Positions 1 to 10,800 of a stretch of DNA of 64,000 bases are shown in pieces. How positions within the stretch are numbered: position 1 is the stretch's first letter; every line of letters starts with the position of its first letter. The stretch covers positions 14,220 to 78,219 of the forward strand of contig CBDANQ010000017.1 in the NCBI GenBank assembly GCA_965197725.1. Direction: 5' to 3'. Source of the stretch: Longimicrobiales bacterium. Lineage in GTDB: Bacteria > Gemmatimonadota > Gemmatimonadetes > Longimicrobiales > Gaopeijiaceae. The notes under the pieces are model-generated. The model made no database searches, had not been told where the DNA came from, and was given only the letters and a program-made list of their open reading frames with translations. The translations under genes and the position numbers were made by a program.

Positions 1-50
1 TCGGTCAGGGGGTTGTTGACGGCGTTGGGCGCGACCCCGAAGCTTGGCGT

Positions 51-1403
51 ATGACACGTACAAAACGAAGGCGCGCGCTCCACCAAAGCGCTGACGGAGG
101 GGAAGGTACCGGGTGCCGGAAAACGTCACAATCCTGCATTCTCGCCCTGTTCCTGGGTGTTACCCTCTCCGCGTGCGGCGTTCCTGGCGGCGACGCCTTT
201 GCCGGCGCCGAAGCCCAGGCAGCCCCGACAGTGCGAGCCGGAGTTGACGTGCTGCTTTCCGACTCGCTGCACCTCGTGCGCGGGAAGCGCGTCGGCCTCG
301 TGACCAACCACACAGGCATCTACCGGCGGGCGGTAGGCCAGGAGGCGGGCGCCCCGCAGGAGCTCGGCAGCGTGATCGACGCGCTGCACGAAGCTCCCGG
401 CATCGAGCTCGTCGCGCTGTTCGGCCCCGAGCACGGGATTCGCGGAGAGGAGGAGGCCGGCGAACGAATCGAGAGCGGGGTCGACGAGCGGACCGGTCTA
501 CCGATTCATTCGCTATACGGCCGGACGCTGCGACCGACGCCGGAGATGCTCGAGGGCGTGGAGGTTCTCGTCTTCGACATGCAGGACGTAGGAGCACGTT
601 ACTACACCTACGTCTCCACGATGGCGTACGCGATGGAAGCCGCCGGAGAGCAGGGAGTCCCGTTCGTCGTGCTCGATCGGCCGAACCCGATCCGTGGCGA
701 CGTCGTGCAGGGAAACGTGCTCGACCCGGAGTACTCCACGGTCGTCGGGCTCTATCCCGTGCCGATGCGTCACGGGATGACGGCGGGTGAGCTGGCTCGC
801 ATGTACGTGGGGGAGTTCGGCATCGACGTCGAGCTGCACGTCGTGCCCATGGACGGGTGGCGGCGCGACATGACGTTCTCAGATACCGGACTGCCGTGGG
901 TGGCGCCGTCACCGAACATGCCGACGCTCGAGAGCGCGCTCGCGTACCCCGGAACATGTCTGTTCGAGGGCACTGCACTCTCCGTGGGCCGTGGCACCGA
1001 CCTCGCGTTCCAGTGGGTTGGCGCCCCGTGGCTGGATGGTCCGGCGCTCGCGGAGGCCCTGAACGGATACGGCTTCGAGGGCGTGCGCTTTGAGGCGGTG
1101 ACCTTCACGCCGACGAACGCGGGCGACGGGAAGTTCGACGGTCAGGAGATCCAGGGCGTTCGCCTGGTCCGCGAAAGCACGGACTACGACGCGTCGAAGG
1201 CCGCCGTCGCGATGCTGCTCGAGGCCCATGCGATGTCGGGCGATAACTGGGCTTGGCGCGAAGCCCACTTCGATCGTCTCGCGGGGACAGATGCGCTCCG
1301 CTTGGGTATCGAAGCGGGACGAGACCTCGCTGCGCTGACGACAGCGTGGGACGAAGGCGTGAGGGAATTCGAGCGGTTGCGGCGTCCCTACCTCATCTAC
1401 TGA
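51..1403 (+). CDS. namZ: Exo-beta-N-acetylmuramidase NamZ family (DUF1343), probable lipoprotein
   Basis: Motifs VGLVTNHTG, LFGPEHG, FDMQDVGARYYTY, DRPNP, RHGMTAGE, PSPNMP, YPGTCLFEGT, SVGRGT; lipobox LSAC; exact start uncertain. Confidence 0.88.
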   Translation: MTRTKRRRALHQSADGGEGTGCRKTSQSCILALFLGVTLSACGVPGGDAFAGAEAQAAPTVRAGVDVLLSDSLHLVRGKRVGLVTNHTGIYRRAVGQEAGAPQELGSVIDALHEAPGIELVALFGPEHGIRGEEEAGERIESGVDERTGLPIHSLYGRTLRPTPEMLEGVEVLVFDMQDVGARYYTYVSTMAYAMEAAGEQGVPFVVLDRPNPIRGDVVQGNVLDPEYSTVVGLYPVPMRHGMTAGELARMYVGEFGIDVELHVVPMDGWRRDMTFSDTGLPWVAPSPNMPTLESALAYPGTCLFEGTALSVGRGTDLAFQWVGAPWLDGPALAEALNGYGFEGVRFEAVTFTPTNAGDGKFDGQEIQGVRLVRESTDYDASKAAVAMLLEAHAMSGDNWAWREAHFDRLAGTDALRLGIEAGRDLAALTTAWDEGVREFERLRRPYLIY

Positions 1404-1458
1404 CGGATTCCCTCGGAGCAATGATGCGACGACATCTTCCCGTTTTGTCGCGACATCC

Positions 1459-2478
1459 CTACCGAACCGGAAACCGGAACTCCGTCCACAGGTCGGGGCG
1501 CCACCACCCGCCGTCGTGCACCCTGGCGAGTCGCTTTTCGAAATGGCCGAGGTCGGTGAGCAACACGGACTTGGTGGGCGCCTCGATCGGCACGAAGAAG
1601 TCCTCCCAGTGACCGAGAAGCACCCGCTCGGGACGCAGGTTCTCGACGAACGCCTCGGGGTGCCAGTCGACCTGATCGAACGTAGCCGGTACGAAAATGG
1701 CTACGTCGACGGAGTGCTCGTCGATGAGCGCTTCCGGCGCGAAGCCTGCTGGTGCCGGTGAGACCGCGTCCTGGTAGTACACGCGGAAGGCGACGGAACC
1801 GTCCGGATCCATGAAGTCGACGAGATAGGCGTGGGTTCGCCCTTCCAGCCACTCCGTCACCCACCGGGGCTCCGTCGCCAAGGGACGGTCGCGCGTCCCG
1901 CGGTACAGCGTGTATCCGTCGAAGTGCGCGGCGTGCTTGGAGCGGAGCCCCATCACACGCACGCCGTCACCGTAGCGGAGCCACTCGCCGACCGTGTGTT
2001 GATCACCGGCGATGTCGTTGACGACGTCCACGCGATCGCCGATCCCGGACCAGGTGCCGAGTGTGTTCTTCACGGTCAAGTTGCCGACGATGCGCGCGTC
2101 GGGCGCGTGCGCGAGCGCCACGCGCGGCACGTCCATCAGGTGATCGTAGTGCGCGTGCCCGACCAGGATCGCCTTGGCCGCGGTGACGTCGTAGCGGGAC
2201 ATGTAGCGGTCCACGAGCGCGGTGTCCGACTGGATCGGTAGCAGTCCGGTTCTCACCAGGCTCGGGTTCGAGAACAGCGGCGCGGCCAGCACTTGATCTT
2301 CCCCTCGTTCGATGATCCAGCCGCCGCTGCCCAAGTAGACGAAGCGCACGACATCGGCGTCGCCCGGGCCAGTCAGATCGACGTTGGCGGTCGTGCCGGG
2401 TCCTACCGCGCCGGTGACGCAGCCCGCGAGCGAAGCCGTGACTCCGGCGAATATCAGAGCCCGCTGAGCCCCGACCAC
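1459..2478 (-). CDS. MBL-fold metallo-hydrolase, probable lipoprotein
   Basis: HAHYDH (HxHxDH) metal motif, C-terminal GHWED, lipobox LAGC. Confidence 0.75.
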   Translation of the reverse strand: MVGAQRALIFAGVTASLAGCVTGAVGPGTTANVDLTGPGDADVVRFVYLGSGGWIIERGEDQVLAAPLFSNPSLVRTGLLPIQSDTALVDRYMSRYDVTAAKAILVGHAHYDHLMDVPRVALAHAPDARIVGNLTVKNTLGTWSGIGDRVDVVNDIAGDQHTVGEWLRYGDGVRVMGLRSKHAAHFDGYTLYRGTRDRPLATEPRWVTEWLEGRTHAYLVDFMDPDGSVAFRVYYQDAVSPAPAGFAPEALIDEHSVDVAIFVPATFDQVDWHPEAFVENLRPERVLLGHWEDFFVPIEAPTKSVLLTDLGHFEKRLARVHDGGWWRPDLWTEFRFPVR

Positions 2479-2479
2479 G

Positions 2480-3355
2480 TCAAGCGAGGCGCGCCCTGGC
2501 GGCGTCCTTCTCAGCTTCGACCTCCGCCCGGAAGAGGTCGGAGAGCCGCCTGGTGATCACCCCGACACCTCCGTCGCCCACTGGAGTGCCGTCCACGCGC
2601 ACACAAGGCCGCACCTCGCCCGTCGTACCCGTGAAGAAGAGCTCTTCGGCACGCCCGAGTTCCTCGACCCGGATGGGTCGCTCCTCGACCGGGATGCCGT
2701 CCGCGGCAGCCAAGTCCAGGACGACGCCGCGCGTGATGCCGGGCAGTATGTGATGGGTCGTTGGATGCGTGACGACCACGCCGTCGAAGACCCCCCAGAA
2801 ATTCATGTGGGCGCCCTCGATCGCGACACCGTCACGGATCAGCAGAGCGTCATCGGCTCCGGCTTCGATCGCGTCCTGAAACGCAAGTGCGTTGGGCAGG
2901 AGGCAGATCGTCTTCACGTCGACCCGGCTCCAGCGACGGTCCGGTACCGTCGCCACCGTGAAGCCCTGCGACCAGCGCTCGGGGGAAGGACGATCCCACG
3001 CCTTTGCGTACGCGTACACGGTCGCCTCGACGGGGTCCCTCGGGAAGTAGTGCGTGCGGGGCGCGACGCCCCGCGTGATCTGAACGTACACGAGCGACGT
3101 CTCAGCACTCTCGAGGCCGTTTTGCGCGATGAGCCTGCGTTGCACCTCTTCGAGCCCGTCGAGCGGCTGCCGAATCCTCATCCAGCCCAGACCGTGCTCG
3201 AGACGGGCGAGGTGACGGTCCAGGCAGAACGGAGCGCCGTCGTAAAAAGGCGTCACTTCGTAGATTCCGTCCGCGAGCAGGAAGCCGCGATCGTCGGGAG
3301 AGATCCTCGCTTCGTCTTTGGGGAGAAACTCGCCGTTCAGGTAGACGATGCTCAT
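2480..3355 (-). CDS. dat: Class IV PLP aminotransferase, D-amino-acid aminotransferase-like
   Basis: DRGFLLADGIYEV, YVQITRG..PRTH, VKT (PLP Lys), ILPGITR. Confidence 0.75.
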   Translation of the reverse strand: MSIVYLNGEFLPKDEARISPDDRGFLLADGIYEVTPFYDGAPFCLDRHLARLEHGLGWMRIRQPLDGLEEVQRRLIAQNGLESAETSLVYVQITRGVAPRTHYFPRDPVEATVYAYAKAWDRPSPERWSQGFTVATVPDRRWSRVDVKTICLLPNALAFQDAIEAGADDALLIRDGVAIEGAHMNFWGVFDGVVVTHPTTHHILPGITRGVVLDLAAADGIPVEERPIRVEELGRAEELFFTGTTGEVRPCVRVDGTPVGDGGVGVITRRLSDLFRAEVEAEKDAARARLA

Positions 3356-3371
3356 GTAGGCGCCAACGGCA

Positions 3372-4256
3372 TCAGGACTCTGCCTGCTTCTCCTCGAGCT
3401 CTTCGAACTCGGAAATCAGCTGCGCCTCCGGAATCGAGTCAGCTTCAGCTTCGGAGACTTCCTCGACCTCGGCGTCCTGCACCGCGGGAGCGGACTCTTC
3501 AGCCGCCGGAGCCGGCGCGGGTTCGTCGCCGGCTTCGAGCTGCTTCGGCTCTTCGGTCGAGCCATCGCCGAGCAGACCCATCTGGCTCTTGAGCGCGAGA
3601 AGCTTGTCCTCCACGTCCGCGCCACCGCCCGGCCCCCCGGCTTCGAGCTGCATAAACTCGGTCTCGAGCGTGTCGCCCCCGAGCGCCTGCGTGACCTCCG
3701 CGTGCGCTATGCTCTGGCGTTCCTGCTCCTCGATCTTGTCGGCCATCCGGTTGAACGCCTCGAACGCCGAGGTGTCGGACAGACCGGACATCGTCTCGTG
3801 GATGCGGCGCTGTGCCTGAGCCCGCTTCTGCTTGGCTATGAGCAGATTCCGTTTGCGCTTCGCCTCTTCGATCTTGTCGTTGAGCTGGCGCAAGGAGCCC
3901 TTGAGGTTCTCGGTCTCGGCGGCCTGTCCCTTCCAGGTCTGCTGGATCTCCTGGGCGCGCTCAGCGTGCTCCTGCTGACGGATCAGCGCCTGCTTCGCGA
4001 GGTCGTCACGACCTTCCTTCACCGCTAGCATCGCTCGATGCTCCCAGTCGCGCGCCTGCTTCACCTCGTCATCGAGCTGCGCCTTCAGCTTGCGTTCGTC
4101 CGCAATCGCCGCTGCGACCTCGCGCTTGGCTTTCGCCAGCTGGTCGCGCATGTCGATGATGATCTGGTTCAACATCTTCTCGGGGTTTTCCGCCCTCGAG
4201 ATGAGGTCGTTGATGTTGGATTTGATGAGTGTCGACAGCTTCGTAAACATGCCCAT
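3372..4256 (-). CDS. pspA: PspA/IM30 family protein with acidic C-terminal extension
   Basis: MGMFTKL..IKSNINDLISRAENPEKML; GRDDLAKQAL; long coiled coil; start set at ATG 4256. Confidence 0.9.
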   Translation of the reverse strand: MGMFTKLSTLIKSNINDLISRAENPEKMLNQIIIDMRDQLAKAKREVAAAIADERKLKAQLDDEVKQARDWEHRAMLAVKEGRDDLAKQALIRQQEHAERAQEIQQTWKGQAAETENLKGSLRQLNDKIEEAKRKRNLLIAKQKRAQAQRRIHETMSGLSDTSAFEAFNRMADKIEEQERQSIAHAEVTQALGGDTLETEFMQLEAGGPGGGADVEDKLLALKSQMGLLGDGSTEEPKQLEAGDEPAPAPAAEESAPAVQDAEVEEVSEAEADSIPEAQLISEFEELEEKQAES

Positions 4257-4260
4257 GTCG

Positions 4261-4698
4261 TCAGCCCTCTGCCTCTTCGGCGCCTGTGTCGTCGGCCTCG
4301 CCATCATTGGCGACGCCGGCCAGGGCGCGGATCCGCTCCATGTGACTGGTCGCGGCGAGTTCAATCGATTCCGTCGAGGCCCGAAGTTCGTCGAAGTCGA
4401 GCGTCTCTAGTTCGAGCGTGTCACTGAGGATCAGCTCACCGTCTTCGAGACCATAGGCCCCGTGGACAACGTCCGTAGCATTCAACTCCAAGAGCGTACG
4501 GAAGAACCCAACCTCGTCGTCCATCGACGCGGGAAGGTCCATCACCTTCATGCGAATCAGGAGAAGCGCGTCCGCATGATGCACCACGACCGGAAAACCG
4601 CTGTTGCGGCCCTGGACGAGGAACATGCCCTCATCGACCTCGTCGTACTCAAGTTCCATCCGAATCAAGAAGCTCTCGAGATCCTCTCGGGTTACCAT
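4261..4698 (-). CDS. CesT/Tir (T3SS chaperone-like, YbjN fold) family protein
   Basis: Small acidic protein with FFRTLLELNATDVVHGAYGL..LILSDTLELETLDFDE; ATG 4698; 4 nt upstream of pspA. Confidence 0.7.
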   Translation of the reverse strand: MVTREDLESFLIRMELEYDEVDEGMFLVQGRNSGFPVVVHHADALLLIRMKVMDLPASMDDEVGFFRTLLELNATDVVHGAYGLEDGELILSDTLELETLDFDELRASTESIELAATSHMERIRALAGVANDGEADDTGAEEAEG

Positions 4699-4763
4699 TA
4701 CCGTCTCCGTTATCTGAGTCTCCGCGGGGGCGGAGGATGGGCTTGTTCGCCTGTGGTCAACCC

Positions 4764-4789
4764 TACGACACTGCGCCAACCCGGTTTCT
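4764..4789 (-). promoter_or_regulatory. SigmaW-like ECF promoter for the cesT-like/pspA operon
   Basis: Minus strand AGAAAC-N16-CGTA, versus B. subtilis sigmaW consensus TGAAAC-N16-CGTA. Confidence 0.55.
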
Positions 4790-4856
4790 CTCCGGGCTCG
4801 CCCGCATGCTACCGGGCTCGAAAGATAAAGCGTAAGCGCCACCGATGCAGCCTTCC

Positions 4857-7772
4857 TCAACTCCCAAGCATGGGCGCCAGATGCTGACCCGTGTAGGAGG
4901 CCTTCGTCGCCGCCACATGTTCGGGAGTGCCCTCCGCGATGATACGACCGCCACCCGATCCACCTTCTGGACCGAGGTCGATGATCCAATCAGCGGTCTT
5001 CACGACGTGAAGATTGTGTTCGATCACGATGACCGTGTTCCCGAGCTCTACGAGCCGGTGCAGGACTTCAAGGAGGACGCGTACGTCCTCGAAGTGCAGG
5101 CCGGTCGTCGGCTCATCGAGGATGTACAGCGTCTGGCCGGTCGCCCGCTTGGAAAGCTCCGTCGCGAGCTTCACGCGTTGCGCCTCGCCGCCGGACAGCG
5201 TCGTCGCCGACTGTCCGAGGTGCACGTAGCCCAAGCCCACCTGGTGCAGGGTCTCCAGCTTCGCCTTGATGCGAGGCACGGCGGCGAAGAACTCGAGCGC
5301 GTCTTCGACGGTCATCTCCAGGACGTCGGCGATGTTGTTGCCCTTGTAGAAGACGTCGAGCGTCTCACGGTTGTAGCGCCGGCCGCGGCACACGTCGCAC
5401 CGAACGTAGACGTCGGGCAGAAAGTGCATCTCGATCTTGACGAGCCCATCGCCCTGGCAAGACTCGCAGCGTCCACCCTTCACGTTGAACGAGAAGCGCC
5501 CAGGCCCGTACCCGCGCAGTTGCGACTCGGGCAGGTTCGCGAAGAGTTCCCGAATGGGGGTGAACAGACCCACGTAGGTCGCGGGGTTCGAGCGCGGCGT
5601 TCGTCCGATCGGCGACTGATCGACATCGACGACTTTGTCGATCAACTCGATACCCTCGATGGTGTCGTGGCTTCCTGGGACGAGTTTGCTCCGGTAGAGG
5701 TGGCGCGCCAGCGCGTGGTACAGCGTCTCGTTGACGAGCGTCGATTTTCCGGACCCGCTCACGCCAGTTACGCATACGAACACTCCGAGCGGGAAGCTTA
5801 CGTCGAGCTTCCGCAAGTTGTGGCTGCGGGCGCCAAGCACGGTGAGCGCGCGCCCGGCGTCGACCGGTCGGCGGCGCGCCGGAACCTCGATCCGACGCTG
5901 ACCGCGCAGATAGGCGCCGGTGAGCGACCTCTCTTCGGCCAGTAGCGCCTCAATCGCACCGCTCGCGACGACCTCCCCGCCGTGACGCCCCGCGCCGGGC
6001 CCGAGGTCAACGATGTAGTCAGCGTGCCGGATGGTCTCCTCATCGTGCTCGACGACCAGCACGGTATTTCCGAGATCGCGTAGGTGTTCGAGCGTGGCGA
6101 GAAGTCGCGCGTTGTCCCGCTGGTGGAGACCGATCGACGGCTCGTCGAGGATGTAGAGGACCCCCACGAGCCGACTTCCGATCTGGGTGGCGAGCCGAAT
6201 CCGCTGCGCCTCACCACCCGAGAGTGAACCGGCCGCGCGGCCCAGTGTGAGGTAGTCGAGCCCTACGTCGCTGAGGAAGCGTAGGCGTTCTCCCATTTCC
6301 TTCAGGATCGGTCCGGCGATTTCTGCGGAAAGCGGCGGGCCAGGAGCCCCGTTCCTCTTCCCCTTCTTGCCGTTCCGCTCCCCTTGCACCGGCAACGAAT
6401 CGATGAAGGCGCGGGCATCCGCGATCGGAAGCTCCACGATGTCGCCCAATGAGCGCCCGCCGATCGTGACCGACCTCGACGCGGGCTTCAGGCGACTACC
6501 GTCGCACGCCCCGCAGGGGAGCGTCGACATATAGTCGTCGAGCTGGTTCCGAACCGCCTCCGACGTGGTTTCCCGGTACCTGCGATCGATGTTCGCGAGG
6601 ATGCCTTCCCAGCGATCCTCGTAGTGGCCCTTGAACTTCCCGCTGCCCGACCTGTACGGGAAGCGGATTTTCATCGCGCCTGAACCGTGCATCAGGCCAT
6701 GGCGCACCGACTCGTCGAGCTCTCCCCACGGCGTGTCCGCTTCGAACTCGTACGCTTCGGCCAATCCGGGGATCACAGAGCGCCGCAGGTGCCCCGATGG
6801 ATCACCCCACGGGAGGATGACCCCCTCGAGGACCGAGAGGCTCGGGTCCGCGAGGAGCAGGTCAACGTTCACTTCCTTCCGAGTACCGAGACCACCGCAC
6901 TCCTCGCATGCTCCGTACGGGGAGTTGAAGGAGAACTGCCTGGGTTCGAGCTCAGCGAGGTTGGTGCCGCAGTTTCCGCACGCGTAGCGCTCGCTGAACA
7001 CGTGCCCGACCGATTCGGTCCGTTTCCGGTGTTGGATCACCTCGAGCATACCGTCGCTCGTCCGAAGCGCGGTTTCCACCGAGTCAGCCAGCCGGTCGCG
7101 GTCCTCCGCGCGGATCACGAGGCGATCGACCACCACCGCGATGTCGTGGTTTTCGTAGCGGTTGAGCGCAGGCGGTTCGCGTAGGTCGTACGTTTCGCCG
7201 TCCACCCGAACCCGTACGAACCCATCCTTGCGCGCGCGCTCGAAAACAGCGGCGAACTCACCCTTCCGGCCCCGCACCAGGGGCGCCAGCACCTCGACAC
7301 GCGTGCCCTCCTTCATCCTGAGCAGTGCGTCGACGATCTGACTGGCCGACTGTCGCATCACGGGTTCGCCACAGGTCGGACAGTGCGGCGTGCCGACGCG
7401 TGCCCAGAGCAGGCGCAGGTAGTCATAGATCTCAGTGACCGTGCCGACCGTGGAGCGCGGATTCCGGCTCACCGTCTTCTGCTCGATCGAAATCGCCGGC
7501 GAGAGCCCCTCGATGGAATCGACGTCGGGCTTTTCCATCAAGCCGAGGAACTGGCGCGCATAAGCGGACAGCGACTCGACGTACCGGCGCTGCCCCTCGG
7601 CGTAGATCGTATCGAACGCGAGCGAGGACTTCCCCGAACCAGACAGTCCGGTGATCACGATGAGCCGCTCCCTCGGCAGCTCGACGTGGATGTCCCTCAG
7701 GTTGTGCTCGCGGGCGCCGCGGACGATGAGCTTCTCGCTGCTGCGCGACTCGGCGGCCTTAGATCGTACCAT
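4857..7772 (-). CDS. uvrA: Excinuclease ABC subunit A
   Basis: GAREHNL, two Walker A motifs ([16 protein letters not shown]), LSGGEAQR twice, Zn-finger CxxC pairs. Confidence 0.97.
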   Translation of the reverse strand: MVRSKAAESRSSEKLIVRGAREHNLRDIHVELPRERLIVITGLSGSGKSSLAFDTIYAEGQRRYVESLSAYARQFLGLMEKPDVDSIEGLSPAISIEQKTVSRNPRSTVGTVTEIYDYLRLLWARVGTPHCPTCGEPVMRQSASQIVDALLRMKEGTRVEVLAPLVRGRKGEFAAVFERARKDGFVRVRVDGETYDLREPPALNRYENHDIAVVVDRLVIRAEDRDRLADSVETALRTSDGMLEVIQHRKRTESVGHVFSERYACGNCGTNLAELEPRQFSFNSPYGACEECGGLGTRKEVNVDLLLADPSLSVLEGVILPWGDPSGHLRRSVIPGLAEAYEFEADTPWGELDESVRHGLMHGSGAMKIRFPYRSGSGKFKGHYEDRWEGILANIDRRYRETTSEAVRNQLDDYMSTLPCGACDGSRLKPASRSVTIGGRSLGDIVELPIADARAFIDSLPVQGERNGKKGKRNGAPGPPLSAEIAGPILKEMGERLRFLSDVGLDYLTLGRAAGSLSGGEAQRIRLATQIGSRLVGVLYILDEPSIGLHQRDNARLLATLEHLRDLGNTVLVVEHDEETIRHADYIVDLGPGAGRHGGEVVASGAIEALLAEERSLTGAYLRGQRRIEVPARRRPVDAGRALTVLGARSHNLRKLDVSFPLGVFVCVTGVSGSGKSTLVNETLYHALARHLYRSKLVPGSHDTIEGIELIDKVVDVDQSPIGRTPRSNPATYVGLFTPIRELFANLPESQLRGYGPGRFSFNVKGGRCESCQGDGLVKIEMHFLPDVYVRCDVCRGRRYNRETLDVFYKGNNIADVLEMTVEDALEFFAAVPRIKAKLETLHQVGLGYVHLGQSATTLSGGEAQRVKLATELSKRATGQTLYILDEPTTGLHFEDVRVLLEVLHRLVELGNTVIVIEHNLHVVKTADWIIDLGPEGGSGGGRIIAEGTPEHVAATKASYTGQHLAPMLGS

Positions 7773-7780
7773 AGCCTGAC

Positions 7781-7810
7781 AACCTAACCGCGAGTGCAAG
7801 TCGCGCTCAA
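7781..7810 (-). promoter_or_regulatory. Sigma70-like promoter directly before the uvrA ATG (leaderless-type)
   Basis: TTGAGC-N18-TAGGTT-N8-ATG; no Shine-Dalgarno. Confidence 0.45.
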
Positions 7811-7871
7811 TCCTGGGGGTGCGCCACAAAATGCGGCCCGCGAGGCGAAAAAGAGGGGGGCTACGCCAGCG

Positions 7872-10800
7872 TCAGCGACCCAACTCTCTGAAGACGAACA
7901 CGCCCACGACCTTCGGCGGTGGGACTCCAAAACGCCCGAAGCCGCCGCTACCGCTCCGCAGGAACCGGTCCTCGAAGAATCCCTCGACGGTGTAGTCGTC
8001 GGAGAGGGACCATTCGATTCGCGCTCCTCCCAAGAAGCTGCCGCCCGCGGCCTGCCCGAACAGGGGCCGGAAGACGATCACGATGAATGTGTTCGGTCCC
8101 ACGTACTGGCCGATCTCCACTTGCGTATTCGCGAGCGAGCCGGTGAGCCCCGAGGCGAACGCGAAGTCGCCAGCCTGCGTGATCGACAAGTAGTCGACAC
8201 CGATCCCTTGAGCGAGCACAGCCCCGATCTGGGACGCGACCGCTCCAGAGACGAAAGTCACGACGGAGCCGGCGGCCCCCTCGAGGAACGCGGTTTGCCC
8301 CGTGGCGAGCTCCGCGCTGGAGTGCCCGAAGACGAGGTAGCTCACGAGGTCGGACTGCACCAGCCCCGCCTCCTCCGTCGAAAGTGCGACCCGGGGAAGC
8401 GAGAGCGTGCCCCCGACGTTGGCACTGACCTCCAGCGGCTCACCCTCGATGCGCCGGATCCGGCTCACCGCCTGGATGTCAAGCGTCGGGTTCATGCCCG
8501 GCGTCCCGGGGAAGCCGACGGTACCGCCAGCGACCTGGAAGCGACGCCCCAGCACCGCATACGAGCCGCGCAACGCCTGTAGCTCCCCGATCATGACGAG
8601 GTCCCTGTCGCGCCGCGAGTACCGAACCTGGAGCACCCCGCCGATCTCCACGTCCATCTCGGGGGACCGAAGCCAGGTGGCCCTCGGAACGGCGAGGGTC
8701 ACTTCGGCTCGCAAATAGTCGAGGAAGGGGAGGTCGCGCAACAACGGCTGGGTCAAGAAGACCGTCGTGTCGGCGCCGAAGAGACTCGGGTTCGAGAGAT
8801 CCACGATCTCCGCGTTCCTCACGAACTCGTCTACGAAGATCGCGGCCTCGTCCACAGTGACGTCGCCTTGTACGAATGGGCGGCCGTATCGGCCGCTCAG
8901 AGTGAGCGCTCCGCTCACGCGACTCTCTATGTCCCTCCGCTGCACGCTCTGGAAGCCCTCGAACGTGAACTGGAGGTCGAGGCCTGGGTCTGAGACCGGA
9001 TCCAAGATCAGTGTGCCGGTGACTTCGGCACGGCCGGTCGCGTTCAACGACAGGTCGACCTCGGCTGTTCGGTCCGGCTTGAGCGTCACCGTACCGTCGA
9101 CCTCGGAGTGGCGAACGCCGAGCACCTCGATCGACCAGCCCCCCGTGGAAAGCGTTATAACCCCTTCGGGCTCAGGCGTCTCGGAGGTACCACCTAGGCG
9201 TACTTCCCCGGACACGGTACCGACCACGTCCTCGAGCGTCCCGAAGTACGCGAGCGCTACGGCGGCATCGAGGGAGTCAGCTACCACTCGCAGGTCCATC
9301 GGCTGCGCGACTTGCCGACGCTCGACCTCGGCCAGAGACAGATCGATCGGTACCGGGCCAACGGCGCTCAATACCCGTCGCTCACCCTCCCAGGCCTCGA
9401 CGCGTACATCCGCTTCCTTGCCCCGATACTCCAACTCGCCCGAGACGCGGGTGAGCGGGACGTCCGCGAGGCTAGGCTCCTCGAGCTCGAAGCGTCCCTC
9501 GATAACCGGATCGTCGGCAGGCCCGCTCACCGACAGCGTGAGGTCGAGGTGCCCGCTCATGGCGACATTGTCGAACTCCACTACACGGGCCACGCGCTCA
9601 ACGTGCAGGCCTTCGATCACCAGGTCGAAGTCAGATACATCCGAGCGCGAAAGCGTGCCGTCGGCGGTGATCTTCATGTGGTCGTGGTCGTCCCGGCGCA
9701 GTTCGAGGCCCTCGATGGAGACCGATCGCTCGTCCCAAACCACGCGACTCGGATGCGCGAGGAAGTATACGAGCGAGTCGAGTGTCGCCGTCGCCTCTTC
9801 CAGCCGGACCGAGCCCTCCCCCGAGTCGAGGTCGAACTGGCCGCTGGCGTCGAGCCGCTCGCCTAGGCCCCGCTCGACTTCGAGCGCCACGCGTCCCCTC
9901 CGCCGAGTCATGCCGGCGTCCACATGGGCCCGCTCGAACGAGCGGCCTTGATACTCCACGCCGAACGCGTCCAGAAACACGTCCCAGTCCCCCGCGAAGT
10001 CGGGGAGCTCGTCCGCGGTCAGGTGCACACTCGCGCTGTCGACGCGGTTGTGACCGTACACGGCCCCGCGGACGTGCATATCGAGTTCGACATCGAGCAC
10101 GTCGACGGATCCCACGAGGCGTATGGTACCGTCGACCGCGCCGTACATGCGCACGTCCGCGGTGTCGGGGAGGGCCTCGACGTCGACACCCTCGAACCTC
10201 AGGCGCGCCGACTCCAGAGCACTGAGGGTGTCCTTGGCCGTTACTGTGTCGCCGAGCAAGAGCGGGCGCAGGCCCCCGAGCGAGTCCGTCGAGAAGGTGA
10301 GCTGGGCCTCCCCGTCGAGCGGTGCGGCCATGCCGAGGCGTCCCTCGCCCGAGACCACGACGCCGCCGAGCACGGCATCCAGACTGTCGACCGTCAGGAT
10401 CCCCGCCGAGGTTCTCAGGTAGGCCGTCACCGTGTCGACGTGCAGGCCCCCAATCCGCGACCGGGATGCGAACAGTGTCGCTGCCGCATCCATGGAATCA
10501 ACGCGGATACCGCGGCCTTCCACCGAGAGCGTGCCGCTCCATACGGACCGAGTCGGAAGCCGGGCGCTGAACCGATCGAGCGGAACGGATTCGGCGGAAG
10601 CGTCGAATCGGTAGAACGATCCGAGCCGTCGCATGTCCACCACGCCGTCCAACCCGATCCTTCCACCCACGGCGTCGAAGTCGCCCGACACCTGAAGGTC
10701 GCGCAAGCGGCCCACGCCTCGCAGGCGGCCAGTGACCTCACCACCGAGCTCGAGATCCGGCTGCAACTGCCCCAAGATTCGTAGCGCGAGCGGTGCGAAA

